NCBI GenBank assembly: GCA_951406725.2
Contig: OX597815.1
Location: 14,136,001 to 14,200,000 of the forward strand
Length of the DNA: 64,000 nucleotides
Reading direction: 5' to 3'
Source of the DNA: Octopus vulgaris
Lineage: Eukaryota
The notes under the pieces were generated by a model, which was not told where the DNA came from, made no database searches, and was given only the letters and a program-made list of their open reading frames with translations. The position numbers and the translations under genes were made by a program. Positions 28,565 through 42,415 of this stretch are shown one piece after another. Positions within the stretch are counted from its first letter, which is position 1; each line of letters starts with the position of its first letter.

Positions 28565-29850
28565 AAGGGCACTTTGTGATGATACTCCTCAGTATAATTT
28601 TGGAAGTAGTCATGTTTGTATATTAAGTTGTGGTCTACTTTCTACTCTGTACATTCTACTCTGTCTAAAAAATGTTTGTTGTAATTAGGTTGTAAGGGGT
28701 TCTCTGTGTTAGGGTTGTTATTTTGAGAGTATTGTTGTGTAGGCGAATTGGTTGGGAATATGTGGTGTGGGTGTTTATGTCGGAATGAGTTGTGGGGGTG
28801 TTTGGTCCTGCATGGGGCACTGTGAAGTTGTTCTTTTTGTCAGGGTGAGAGAGCTGAAGTTCTGAAAGTTGAATTCCTATGTTGAGGAGTAGGTAGGATC
28901 CCCTCTCTGTTTCTAGTTGGAGGGAAACAATTGAAATAATAATTATTGTTATTGTTATTCTTAGTCATGGGGTGTTTCTTACTGGTATTTCCTATTAATG
29001 AAGGGGATCCTATTGTAAGTTTGGTGGTGGCTGATTTCCCAGTGGTGGGGTAGTTTTTTCTGTCTGTGTTGGGAGTTTGATCTGTGTGTACGATTATTGG
29101 TTTCTGTGGATGTATTTGTTTTGGATTTTTTTTTAAAAGGGGTTGTCTGGGGCACAGATTATTTGAATTGAATATGGTTTCTTCCCATTCACAGTCGTCT
29201 TTCCATGGTTTAATAACATTTTTTAAAAGTTATTCAATGGTATCTATCATGAGTTCTGTGATCATCTCGTCATCGATCGTTTTATATATTTGTTCATGAT
29301 TCTTAACTCTGAGTTTAAGTCATTTAATTTCTGTTCTCATTTTTTTCTAGTGTTAGTTTCTCTTTGAGTGTTCGTTGTTGTTATGGTTCATCTGGGATGA
29401 GTTTGATCTGGAGTTTGCGTGGCAAGATTAACGGTGTTGAGTTGATCCATGTTTTATATATTTGTGCCTTATCGTTATTTTTTACCATGTTCCAGAATGA
29501 GAGTTTCTGGTATTGAGGTTTTGAGATCAAGTGTGACCAATGCGGTTTTTAATTAGGCGTGCTGAAATTTGTGTTTTTTTTCATTTGGGGTGGGGGATTT
29601 TGTAGTGTATCTCTGTTATGGTATTGTGTGTGAAAATATTGGTATAAAATTCGTTTAATATAGTGCAACGTTCACTTAGATTTTATCTGGCCTTCTATGT
29701 AGATTGCTTTCTTTGAAATTTTCTAAGTCTTCTAAGGTTTGGTGGTATAGTCCATCGATTTTGTTGGTTAGAGTGACTAAATTTGTTTTGATTTCTTTTA
29801 ATTCCTTAAGGATGTCCTCCTTGGTAATTTTATGCCCTTCCGGAAAATGA
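28565..29850 (-). mobile_element. Decayed ORF remnant, probably the N-terminal region of a Penelope-like element
   Basis: Stop-interrupted frames KLSFWNMVKNNDKAQIYKTWINSTPLILPRKLQIK and HEQIYKTIDDEMI; partial HHR core CTGAGGA near 28590, followed by (TA)n. Family assignment from recall only. Confidence 0.4.
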
Positions 29851-29962
29851 TTGATTTAACATAAAACTACATACACACACAAGCACAAAAAGGCACATAT
29901 ACTACGCACGAACACATAAATACACGTATACACATATATATGCATATATTATATTATATCCC

Positions 29963-30010
<48 letters not shown>

Positions 30011-30066
30011 GTATATATATACATTTATATATATATATATACATATATATACATATATATATATAC

Positions 30067-30123
<57 letters not shown>

Positions 30124-30145
30124 ATATTTCGGAATGGTCATATTG

Positions 30146-30533
30146 CCAGTTTAGCCAATAAAAACACACGCACTATATATTTGGTGTTATTTTGCTTCAG
30201 TGATATTTATTTTTTACATTAATCTTAATCTTATTTCGGCCAAAGTTCTTTCGTCACACTCCTGTGACCGCATCAGTGGTCCTTTGTTTTCTTCTCACTT
30301 ACTTGTGTCTCTCCTTACTAACCGTCAGCCATTTTGTATTTACAAAATGGCTGACGGTTAGTAAGGAGAGACACAAGTAAGTGAGAAGAAAACAAAGGAC
30401 CACTGATGCGGTCACAGGAGTGTGACGAAAGAACTTTGGCCGAAATAAGATTAAGATTAATGTAAAAAATAAATATCACTGAAGCAAAATAACACCAAAT
30501 ATATAGTGCGTGTGTTTTTATTGGCTAAACTGG
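30146..30533. repeat. Palindrome (193-bp arms, 2-nt spacer) between (TA)n tracts
   Basis: 30146-30338 is the reverse complement of 30341-30533; the outer extension 30123-30142 pairs with 30581-30600. Confidence 0.95.
30397..30441 (+). ncRNA. Hammerhead-like motif (A9C, imperfect helix III); mirror 30238-30282
   Basis: ggacca-CTGATGC-g-gtcac(aggagt)gtgac-GAA-AGAACT-T-tggcc. Confidence 0.55.
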
Positions 30534-30545
30534 ACATTCAAATAT

Positions 30546-30585
<40 letters not shown>

Positions 30586-30660
30586 CCATTCCGAAATATA
30601 ACAATATCTGTTTCAACACACGACTTCACATAAAAAATCTTGCACAACAAATATTTAAAC

Positions 30661-30718
<58 letters not shown>

Positions 30719-31099
30719 CAGCAGTATCAGTGCCAGGCTGTTTTTTGATTAGTTAAAATGTTCGTGACAATTTTCAATTTGGAATCTGAATTCTCTGCAG
30801 TTACTGTAAAGAGAATATTCGCTCTTATAGTAAAAATAACACACACCATAACACTCCTTATCGGTTTCAAGGACGTATTTGTAGATCTTTAGCTTTTTAT
30901 AAATGGGAAATGCCGAATGGAGGCAAATCTAGACAGACTTAATTAAAGCGTAGCTTAAAGTAAACCACACACAACAACATCGAATTAGTTGCGTCGTTAG
31001 ACCGCATGACCGAAAAACGTTGCAACATTATCCCTACCAAGCAATGTTTAAATTGATCCAGTTAACTACTTAAGGTTTCAAGAAGCCCCATCTTGCTTT

Positions 31100-31335
31100 C
31101 CTTCCTATGTTTGATTTCCAAAAGCATCGCTTGTCAAGCGATGTTGGGGGAGAAACACAGACACACAAACACACACATACACACATACACACATACATAT
31201 ATACATATATACATATATATGACGGGCTTCTTTCAGTTTCCGTCTACCAATCCACTCACAAGGTGCCACGCAGTGGGACTGAACCCGGAGCCATGTAGTT
31301 CGTAAGCAAGCTACTTACCACACACAGCCACTCCT

Positions 31336-31336
<1 letters not shown>
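31100..31336 (-). mobile_element. tRNA-derived SINE (same family as 10215-10442)
   Basis: gtggtaagtagcttgcttac..gggttcagtcccactgcgtggcacctt on the minus strand. Confidence 0.75.
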
Positions 31337-31400
<64 letters not shown>

Positions 31401-32171
31401 GTTACGTGTGTACATGTATGTTTGCATTTATGTATGTATGTATGTATGTATGTATGTATGTATGTATGTATGTATGTATGTATGTATGTATGTATGTACG
31501 TATGTATCTATGTATGTATGGACGTCTGTATATACGATCGTATATACAAACGTTTGACAAACGTTTCGCAGTTTTATAAAGTGTTTTGCAAAGAGATCAG
31601 TGAGAGGATGCAATTAAAGTGAAAAGAAGCGGGTTTAAAATGACAATGTATAAATGACTGAAAGCTATTATATATACGAATGTATATATGTATATATATG
31701 TGTATATATCTAAACGAGTATGTGTGTTTATACGTATATCTGTAAGTATATACGTATGAATGTATATATACATACATATTACATATACTCGCAAATACTT
31801 ATATACATGAATACAAAGAGAGTAGGTGAGGGTGGAGGAGTGATGGAGGGATAACATCAGTGAGAAGCAATTCTAGCTTATGTATAATTTTCCATCTAGA
31901 AAGTTATTGCTGTATTAAATGACAATGCAATATTTTATGGCATTTCTTCAACCTCGTGATCGCAATATCTTTATTAAGTTCTAATGGCCTTTCTATGTCT
32001 CTCCATTGGTTTCTGAATTTGCGAGTTGATCTCTATGTTCAGCTGCCTTTATATATATTTGTCCGTTTGAATGTCTGTTATTAGTTTATTTGTCAACCTA
32101 TATGTGATTTCTATATATCACCCTTAGCACCAAAACTAGCGAAAGCTATATATCAAGCAATTTGTCAGAAG

Positions 32172-32211
<40 letters not shown>

Positions 32212-32765
32212 ATTCATCTATAACATTATCTAGATATCTATCGATCAACATATTTTCGCTTTTATTTTCTTACATCTATATAGCTATTTCAATATGTATG
32301 ACTATCTCTGCTGACATATTCATTATTTTTACTGACGTAGATTGCCGCTTTGTCGGGGTAGCAGATACTTGGGTCAAATAGACGTACGCACCGACCTCCT
32401 AACTTATGTTAGTATGGTACTGAATTTGTATTTTATTTTATGTGTTACAAAGCTATTGGACGTAATCAACACTGTTTTTTTGCTTCGCGTAAACATGGAC
32501 ACCCAGAAGGACACAGTCACATAGCTATATAGAGACAAAGAGAGGAAAATGTACACAAGCTCTTACACATGCATGTGTGTGGTTGTGCGCTTGTGCGTTT
32601 GTGTGTTTGTGTGTGTGTTCGTGTGTGTGCATATGAAGGGTATTTACACTTTTCCCCTTCAAAAATGTCAATAATAAGGTATGTGTCAACCGAGGCTATG
32701 ATAAATAGCTTCTAAGACAACTTCTAAACAGGAATGTATTCATATTATACATGTATATACATATG

Positions 32766-32838
<73 letters not shown>

Positions 32839-33137
32839 TAAGGATAAAATCTAAAAGTAATAGTCTTTAATGTAATTATAATAAGAATACTACTACTACT
32901 ACTACTACTAATAATAATAATAATAATAATACAAATAATAATAATAACACACACACACACACACATGTATATATATAAATTAGAAAAAGCCACCTTTTAT
33001 CAATTCAATAGTGAAAAATTAAATTTTACCATTTTTTAAAAATTATATATACTAGAAACATTAAATATGAGATAAAACATATAACAATGATTATGTAATG
33101 TGGAAAATGATAAATAAAACGTATATATTTGGTAGAA

Positions 33138-33250
33138 TAACGACACGTGTTTCGTGGCTATATTTAAGAAATGATAATAGTAATAATATTAGTAGTAGTA
33201 GTAATAGTAGTATAATCACTTCAATATAAATATAGCCACCCTTCAGGTTA
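33138..33250 (-). ncRNA. Hammerhead motif with long helix II (A9G)
   Basis: taac-CTGAAGG-gtggctatattta...taaatatagccac-GAA-ACACGTGT-C-gtta; 13-bp perfect helix II, GUC triplet. Confidence 0.7.
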
Positions 33251-33383
33251 AAGAAAAGAAACAATAAAATAATTAGATGAATTAATAAATATACGTAAAT
33301 AATCTTGTAAAATGCGAAATATTAATATATTCTTGTTTAAATAAAAAAATTGAATAAAAAATAAGATCCAATTAATTAAAATA

Positions 33384-33419
<36 letters not shown>

Positions 33420-34103
33420 CAAAATATACATTAAGTGAAAACTAAATACTATAATTTAATCTATATACATTAAATTAAATTTAAATGTTTATCTAATAAA
33501 CATCTAAATAAAGTCTCATACTCATTAAGTAATTTACAATAAAAACCTTAATGCTAAGTGATATACATAATGTTAGTACAAGCTATAAATATTAGAATTA
33601 AAAATAGGAATTAAAATAGGAAATGATTCAAATATATACACACCTATTATATAAACTATGTTATTAATATATATGTAGTATCTATAAATTTAATATTTTA
33701 CTGAATTATATAGTTGAGCGAAATATCAATTGATATTAAACTAATTTACTTAAATATAAATACTACGTAATAAATAGAGCACCTAGCTATTAAATAATAC
33801 ATTGTGTTACAAAACTATTTCTCAAATTAAATTATATGTAATATGTTAAATCACACTATATAAATAATAATAAAGTATAATAAGTAAATAGATATACATA
33901 TAACTAATAATTATCAAGAAAGTATATATAAATTACTATTTTAACAACAACAACAATGATAATAATAATACAATTCAAAATTTAAATAATATTGTTTGAT
34001 TAAAAACGTCAATTATCTTGTCGATGAAAATAATATATCTCCTTGTTTTTTTTTTCTCTCCTTTTTTTCTCTCCTTGTTTCTCTCCATGTTTTTTTCTGT
34101 GTA

Positions 34104-34141
34104 TCTTTCTGTAGAAGAGCGTAGGCTCGAAACGTAAAAGA
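34104..34141 (+). ncRNA. Ultra-minimal hammerhead-like motif (A6U) in a short element ending at (TA)n (~34040-34230)
   Basis: tcttt-CTGTAGA-a-gagc(gtag)gctc-GAA-ACGT-A-aaaga. Confidence 0.6.
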
Positions 34142-34227
34142 CTGTTTCTATTCCTGAGCGCTGTACTAATACATTTGTTTGTTTGTACACCACCTGCCTT
34201 CGTCTTTTGTTTATTTTCGTAAACCTT

Positions 34228-34276
<49 letters not shown>

Positions 34277-36018
34277 CTAGCAAACGCACCCGTCCTTTGG
34301 ATGGTTTAAGTTATTATGGTGGTATTTTTTCACGAGTTCAGCAAGGAGCCACTTGCTAAGTGGTATCTGCCATGAAATAAATTTGAAGGAACCTTTCTTG
34401 ACAGAAAGAATATAGCCTATCCGATGATGTGTTTGGTTCTGAATTTTGAACGTTGGCATATAGGAGTCTTCATGAATGGATTTGAGATCCGAAACTTGTC
34501 ATCTGGCAGGCAGAGTTATGAGCAAATTCTCTGTATAAATGGCTGCGAATCAAAGCGTTGACCAAGATGTAAAGAGAGGCAAAACTGAGGAATGTTTTGC
34601 CAGTCAGGTAAGCAAGCCTTGCCGTTTGAGCGGCATAGGCCACTGGATTGTTCAGCCCACTTGAGACTCTTGCAAAATGGACATAATACAGACATTTCCC
34701 TGTAACAGTCTCTCGCTGAGTGGCGTAATCCTTGGCAGTATTATAGCTGAGCGCATTTGATGCCCATCGACTACTCGAAGGCTTCTTATAGCCATAGGCA
34801 AGGCCCTTTCGGTGAACATTAGAGTGCTATATGTCGGGTACGCAACGCTGCATCCACTTCTGCCGTGAAGTTGGCAGATGACGATGACTATTGGATGATG
34901 AGACTTCAGTGTAATGTTCAGCGAAAGGCTCTTTCGGCCCTCGCATCAGCAGGACTCACTCGATAGGTTTCGCACTATTTTCAACAGTCTACGGGATCTC
35001 TGGCCTTCATTTTCTTTATCCTACCAGCGCTGCTGCTGTCTTGCCGCCGCAGATGAATGCGTGCTCTCTGTTTAGGTGGCATGCTTGTATTATCTGTAAA
35101 AGGAAAATAGGTTTTAGAGTACCAAATGTGTATCGAATCCGTTGTAAGCTAAGAAATGCCCCTTTATTCTGTCTTCCCACACATCCTGCGCTTAAAGTTA
35201 AATTGGTATGGAACTTTCTGAAAGATACGTACAGCTTTCGCTTGTGGTAGCAAAACTCTTACTTAAAAGTTGATGTTTCAGGACGAATCATACATGATTG
35301 TTTTAAATAGGCTCGAACGTCAATCCTAAGACGCATTTGAAACAATGGACAACAGTTGAAATATCATAATGGATGTGTAAATAAGCATCCTTAAAGTGAA
35401 ACAACGCATTGGTAGGTAAACAAAGGTATCAACAAATAGAAGAGAGAGAGGGGGTACCATCACTTTTCAAATAACTCAGAATAGGTAAAGGTAAGCTTGC
35501 CAGTTTAATGCAGTTTAAATATGGAGATTAAGATTGTTTGGTGTTGGATATTCATAGCGTACAGTGTTCCTAGTCAATCTAATCAAAGTCAAAATTATTC
35601 TCTAATGCCGATATACAATAGAGATTTTTAAAGTATGGAAGACCTAACATGCGAAAAACTATGTACATACAACGAATTTGGAACATCTTTAAAATGTACG
35701 TAAACAGTTCTTTACATGGAAACAAAATAACAACTTCCAAATCCTCTTTCCTGTCTGGGTCACAGACAGTCGAACTAAATAAATAGACAAACTCCTTTCA
35801 CTTTTATAAAAAGATTAAAAAAAGTATGGCAGACCCTACATACAAAGAACTATATCCATTTACTTCCATATGCGTGGGAGTTCTGAACGAAATGTCATTG
35901 TGCATGACGATCCATAGGACATAGGTAATGTGTGTATAAAGTTTGAAGAAAATCGGTTCAGAATTGTGGAAACGTATGCGTTAATCATTATGCACACACA
36001 TACTACGTTGTATATATA
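34277..36018 (-). mobile_element. Internally deleted Helitron retaining a RepHel N-terminal fragment
   Basis: 3' end hairpin accatccaaaggacgggt + CTAG|t at 34277; MSVICPFCKSLKW..SGLCRSNGK..NSACQMTSFG..MPTFKIQNQTHHRIG at ~34410-34700. 5' boundary approximate. Confidence 0.8.
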
Positions 36019-36117
36019 CTATACATACATACATACATACACACATATGACCTCGTGAGTACCGCCAGCGATTTTTTTTCCTCTGTCTTCCCTTCTTGGG
36101 ATCTTTGCTTCTCCTAT

Positions 36118-36152
36118 GTTTCCGACGAAGAGCTCCGCTCGAAACGTAAAAC
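36118..36152 (+). ncRNA. Ultra-minimal hammerhead motif (U4C) in a short element ~36045-36255
   Basis: gttt-CCGACGA-a-gagc(tcc)gctc-GAA-ACGT-A-aaac. Confidence 0.65.
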
Positions 36153-36254
36153 CATCCTTCTTCCCTTCTTTCCTGAGCGTCCAATAATACTTTATTTGTT
36201 CCACGTCCTCGCGTTGCTGTGTTTTTTTTTTGTGTTTTCTTGTTTGGTTAACTT

Positions 36255-36340
<86 letters not shown>

Positions 36341-37502
36341 CATATCGAATACAATTCCGAAATAAATTTTTCACTCATCAAAATATCTGCCCCTGTGACG
36401 CAATTACCAAATAGGTCCATATGAGAAGGAGATATCCTTAGGGAACAACAATTCTTCAAGGTTGACATACTTTATAATATAGAAAAGGACAGGCTTATTA
36501 GTTGGAGAGAAGAGGACAATATGTGCGCACATATCATTGCCTTAATAAACGTCATGAGCATTACAATTGCCCTAAATTATTTCCAGCAAGCATTGGGCCT
36601 GTCTATATACAAAACGTGTAGAAGAACATTTATGGTCTGAGTAGAGAAATAATTCAAAGTAATATGTAGGAGGTGTATGGACAACATTGATGCCATAAGC
36701 CTACTCTAATATGCGAAAGAGAAATGTTGGTCAGCTAAAAGTTTTATGCAGGTTACTTATTGAATTAACTGCAACATCACATTAGCCAATAGTTTGGTTA
36801 GAGAATATAGATATCTTATGGCTGAACATTTTAAAAGGGCAAATAATCTTTGATTCACCAAATATCAGGTCATTAATGCTTTCAGTTTAGCCAAACTGTC
36901 GTCACTGCAGAAACCAAAATCAGTGTTATTAAATTTCTCGGCAAGTACATAAGATAGATAATCCAATGCGATCACCTATGTGTGCCACACCATACTTGAA
37001 AGGAAGCAGTTCGGATCAGTATTTTAAATTTCATTTATTCCATTTCGAACAGCAATGATATCTAAACGTTAATGATTTCATTAATATGTTTATGATACAT
37101 TGTATAGTGATTCTTAGAACAGTAGTAGGCGATGAAATTTGGGTTTTGGATACACAGAACAGAAGTTTCGAATAAAGTGTACTTGTATTCGATCCAACTG
37201 AACATCTACTAATATTAATATTACTCTGCTTTTGTAAGTTTGTGACTTTCGTAATTACATTGGTTCTACTGCTTAATAAAAGAATACTCCTACAGCAGTT
37301 TTACCTGTTTTGATTAACTTCCATTAATGTTGCAGCTAACAGGGTTACCTGCATGGATTTAATGGTTATGAACTTTCGTCTTATTTAAGAAGAAATTTCG
37401 GAATTTACTTCTCGTTAATAAGTCTAAAATTTCAGATACTAAGTGTTCTTGAACTCCACTTCGGAAAACCTGTTTGCATCTTTTAAAACCACACGCTTAT
37501 GT

Positions 37503-37800
37503 CAGTTAGTTAGTTAGTTAATTTTTTGGTTCAAAAAGCAAAAAGCAAGGCCATGTAGGGGGACATGGAGTTATGTACAGGGTGGTGTTCATGTAAAGAG
37601 TTCAGGCCATTTGTGGTCAAGGGAGACTTTGAACCGAGCGGTCGTCGGCATCTTCACTATCTCGTCCGGCAGCTTATTCCACGGATCCGCAACCCGGACG
37701 GAGAAAGCCCCTCTCCTTCAATTGAGATGAAATCGTCGCAGATAGAGCTTTTCGGAGTGACCCCACCGCCGACGCTCTGGAACAGGAGTGAAGAACAACT
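37503..37800 (-). mobile_element. CR1-like LINE 3' end, cut by an assembly gap
   Basis: GHSEKLYL..RRGAFSVRVADPWNKLPDEIVKMPTTARFKVSLDHKW; (TAAC)n tail. Confidence 0.85.
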
Positions 37801-37900
37801 NNNNNNNNNNNNNNNNNNNNNNNNNNNNNNNNNNNNNNNNNNNNNNNNNNNNNNNNNNNNNNNNNNNNNNNNNNNNNNNNNNNNNNNNNNNNNNNNNNNN
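37801..37900. other. Assembly gap (100 N)
   Basis: Run of n. Confidence 1.
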
Positions 37901-38124
37901 TATTCAGGTCACTACCTGGAATCGAACTTGGAATCTTGGTATTAGTAGTCCTGAAGACTCCGGGCCTATCTGGTGACGTCGATGTTCGCCTGGGGCTAAA
38001 TGCAACAGTAACATATATATATATATATATAAAACCATATATATATATAGAATATGTATATATATATATATGTATACATATATTTATATATATATATATA
38101 TATACATACATACACACACACCGG

Positions 38125-38178
<54 letters not shown>

Positions 38179-38183
38179 GTACA

Positions 38184-38344
<161 letters not shown>

Positions 38345-38447
38345 CACCGGAGTAAGCACATAAATGTGAAACAATGTGGGAAAAAGAGCACTCAAATACC
38401 AGAGGTGAGTAATATGCTTTATTAAATGCAACATATGTATCACAAAA

Positions 38448-38487
38448 ACTATTACTCGGAGTTTCCCGTTCATGTTCGTCGGACATT
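38448..38487 (-). ncRNA. Decayed hammerhead-like motif (U4C)
   Basis: aatgt-CCGACGA-acatgaacgg-GAA-ACTCCGAGT-A-atagt; helices I and II are weak; the element runs to (TA)n at ~38340. Confidence 0.45.
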
Positions 38488-39784
38488 TTTGTTTTAATAG
38501 AACAGAAATGACGATATAATCAAATGTAAAACTAGTTTAAAGTATACACCTTTGAAAATGGCTTTGTTTCATTGGTCCTTTCAAATAACGGTCTTAAGCA
38601 TGCAATGAACAAAATAAATTCAGTATCAATTCCTCTTGTAAAATAGAAAACCTTAAATCGAAACACAGATTCTAAATACATCTGGTAAATAATTATATGC
38701 AAAATATAAATAAAATTAATACATTAAAATTAAAATCTAAAATTTTCACGCTGTATTATATAAATATTTTCTCAGCAGCATATACACATACTAAGCCATC
38801 TATAATACACATGTATACACTAAAATATACACAGATGCATCTACATAATTATATACATATATAGAAATATATAGGTAAGACATAGATATTTACGCAAATA
38901 CACATATGCGTATATGTACGCACACATGCACGTGCGCAAAAATCTCTTGGTGTATGCATATACAAGTCATTTATTACAGACGAAAGAAATGTGAAGTATA
39001 CAGTAAGTGTAAGGAGGAAGGAAGGAAAAGGAGACGAAAGGCTAGTTCGAGAAGAGAGAAAAGGGGTGTACTGTGTAAGGACGCTATCGAGTAGGAAGAG
39101 AAAAGATATTTCGAGTAAGAAAAGAAAAGACAAGATAGTTCACGAAATATGCGTAACGAACTCAGACATAAAATAAAATTACATATATATATATATATAT
39201 ACATAGGTATATATTTGCATACAAATACACATATATGATTCTGTATATAAATACTCAAAAATATGTATGCAAATACATGCTCACACGAATATAAGTATAT
39301 ACACGAATGCATATACATCTATGTACGTATGAGCATAAATATAAACATACACGTGTACTTACACATATACAGAGGCACACATACGCATACATATGCATAC
39401 CCACAGTACACACATACACATAAAATCATCTAGATCATAATGTATATATATATACAAACAATTTTTTAAAAGTTGCTCAGTTTATATAATATTAAAATTC
39501 GGAGACAAAAGGCATTTGCAAAATGTAGTACCATATATAAATTATCTATAAATTAAACGTAACAATTAAATAGTTTTGTATAATGCAATAAAAATAAAAT
39601 AAAATAATAACAAGAAAAACAATTATGAACCTCGGAAAAGTTTAAGCTTCAAAAGGATATTTGAAACAGTCGAAGGTTTTCTTAAATAATATGTCGAAAT
39701 ATATATTCGATATCGTTGCGATGCGAAATAACCATACATTACATATACACCTGTCTTCGTCTTTTATTTTTCTGTAAATTTCAA

Positions 39785-39841
<57 letters not shown>

Positions 39842-39848
39842 TATATAT

Positions 39849-41333
39849 ATCAGGTTGAATAAAATGTAATCAACGTTTTGAATCATGAAGAATTTGTACC
39901 GGATTTTTGCAGAGTTTTGAATGTTTTTTAGACATATTTTGGCAATTGTGTGACAATACAGGCATAATAGAAATATTAAAATTACTAAGTCTCTATAAAA
40001 GAGATTACGGCAGCGTTTACTGGAAATTAATTGTTATCGCCATATTAATATGGCATTCTTATAGATATAAGAATAATCGCTGCCATGGTCAGCTCCATGA
40101 GGCCACCGCCATCAAGATAGCTATTGATACACGATCTGTATCCATTATAACCTTCGAACAAGGGAGGTCAGCCGCTTCACACTGCCAGTCCGACAGCTAC
40201 AGACGCGTTTCGGGGTATTGCCCCTTGTCAATGTAGCGCAGTCAGACCCGCAGGTGTCGCCACTGACGTCTCTGTTCGAAGGCTTATATTATATTTATGG
40301 CGATAACAATTAAATACAGGCATAGACTTGCCCAAATGCATTAATATATTAACATTGATATTGTTTTCACCGTTGCTCAACTCATTTCGACTTGTTCGTA
40401 TATGTTTTGCGTTGTTCCAAAGGTTGGTAACGTTTATTGAAATGATGCGTTTTTTAAATATTTTCTTTTGCTGCGTTACAGCAGTTATGTAATCGCTGTT
40501 CCCCTTATTTGAAGGGGGCAGCGCTGTTTGAAAAAAAAAACATGACGATTTTCGAAAACTGCTTGCAACCATTTGCAAGCGATCGGAAAATCAAAAGAGA
40601 TCGACAAATGGGTACCACACGATTTGAATGAAAATCAGAAGATGCGCAGATATGAAATTTGCTCGTCGCTTCTTCTCCGTCGCCAGAACCGATCCATTTC
40701 TCGACCATAACTTGCGATGAAAAGCGGATTTTGTACGACAATGAAAAACGTTCTTCGCAGTGGCTAGACCAAAAACCTTCCTTAAATTCGAGCTCTTCAA
40801 AAAGAAGGTTAAGTTGACTGGTGGTGTATTGCTGGACTCATCCACTGTAACTTCTTAGACCTGGAAAGAAAAATTACTGCAAAAACATATTGCCACGAAA
40901 TTGCCAAAATGGACGAAAATCTGCTACGCCTCCGTCCCAGAAGAGGACCAATCATTCTTCATGACACCGCTCGACCACACGTTTCACTAACGACGCTCCA
41001 GGAGTTGAAGGAGCTTTGTTACGAATTTCTTCCCCACCCAGCTTATTCACCCGACCTTTCTCTTACCGACTACCACTTTTTTAAGTATCTCGATGGTTTC
41101 CTGCGAGGGAAGGTGTTCAAAAACAAAACCGATGTTTGAAGTGCGTTCAAAAATTTCATAATCTCCAGAACTCCAGATTTTTATGTTACTGGAATAAACA
41201 AACTTGTAACTCGTTGGCAAAAAATGTGTTGATTTTAATGGTACTTACTTTGATGAATAAAATGTCCGCATTGTTGAAATATTTTGTGATGAATTACATG
41301 TTTTAAAACGTTGCTGCTTACTTTTTACTAACC

Positions 41334-41338
<5 letters not shown>
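39849..41338 (+). mobile_element. Full-length decayed mariner (DD34D-type) transposon
   Basis: Imperfect TIRs tcagg(g)tt..caacgtttt at both ends within TA runs; WVPHDL, TCDEKRILYDN, HDTARPH, HPAYSPDLSLTDYHFF. Confidence 0.9.
40196..40237 (-). ncRNA. Minimal hammerhead ribozyme motif, U3-A8 core variant
   Basis: gctaca-TTGACAA-gggg(caata)cccc-GAA-ACGCGT-C-tgtagc; all helices intact, GUC triplet. Confidence 0.8.
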
Positions 41339-41375
<37 letters not shown>

Positions 41376-41382
41376 CATATAC

Positions 41383-41421
<39 letters not shown>

Positions 41422-41592
41422 CATATATATACATACATATACATACATATATATACATATACATACATATATATACATACATACATATATATACATACAT
41501 ACATATATATACATGCATACATATATATACATGCATACATATATATACATGCATACATATATATACATACATACATATATATACATACATAC

Positions 41593-41661
<69 letters not shown>

Positions 41662-41899
41662 TGCATGCAGGCATGTATGTATCTCGACATACACCGCTAT
41701 CTCTGACCGCGTATGCATGTATGTATATATACATGTATGTATGTATGTGAGTGTTAGCGTGTACGTCACCATGTGTGCGTGAGCCAGTATATGTAATAAA
41801 TGCTGTACCGCTACGTTTGATCAATGAACAATTAAATAAACCATGTACTCAATTAAAATTACTTCAGTAATTTTCCTCTGAAATTCAGTCTACGCTTCC

Positions 41900-42151
41900 A
41901 CCTCACATTCTTCCGCTTCCTCTTCATAATTTCCCATCCTCATTATCATCAACATCATCATGAATATCATCATAGTTATCATCAATTTCCTCCTCTTCTC
42001 AGCGTCATCATCATCATAATCTTCATCGTCATCATCATCATGATCTACATCCTTCTCATCCTTGCTATCCACCTCGCCCTCTTCCCCATCAGCAGCAGCA
42101 ACAACGTCGTCATCATCTTCATTGTCGTCGTCTTCGTCGTCGTCGTCGTCG

Positions 42152-42182
<31 letters not shown>

Positions 42183-42374
42183 TATCATCATGAATATCAT
42201 CATAGTTATCATCAATTTCCTTCTCTTCTCAGCGTCATCATCATCATCTTCATCATCATCATCATAATCTACATCCTTCTTGACCTTGTTATCCACCACC
42301 ACCCCTCTTCATCATCATCGGCAGTAGCAACTTCGTCATCATCTTCATCGTCGTCTTCGTCGTCGTCGCCGTCG

Positions 42375-42415
<41 letters not shown>

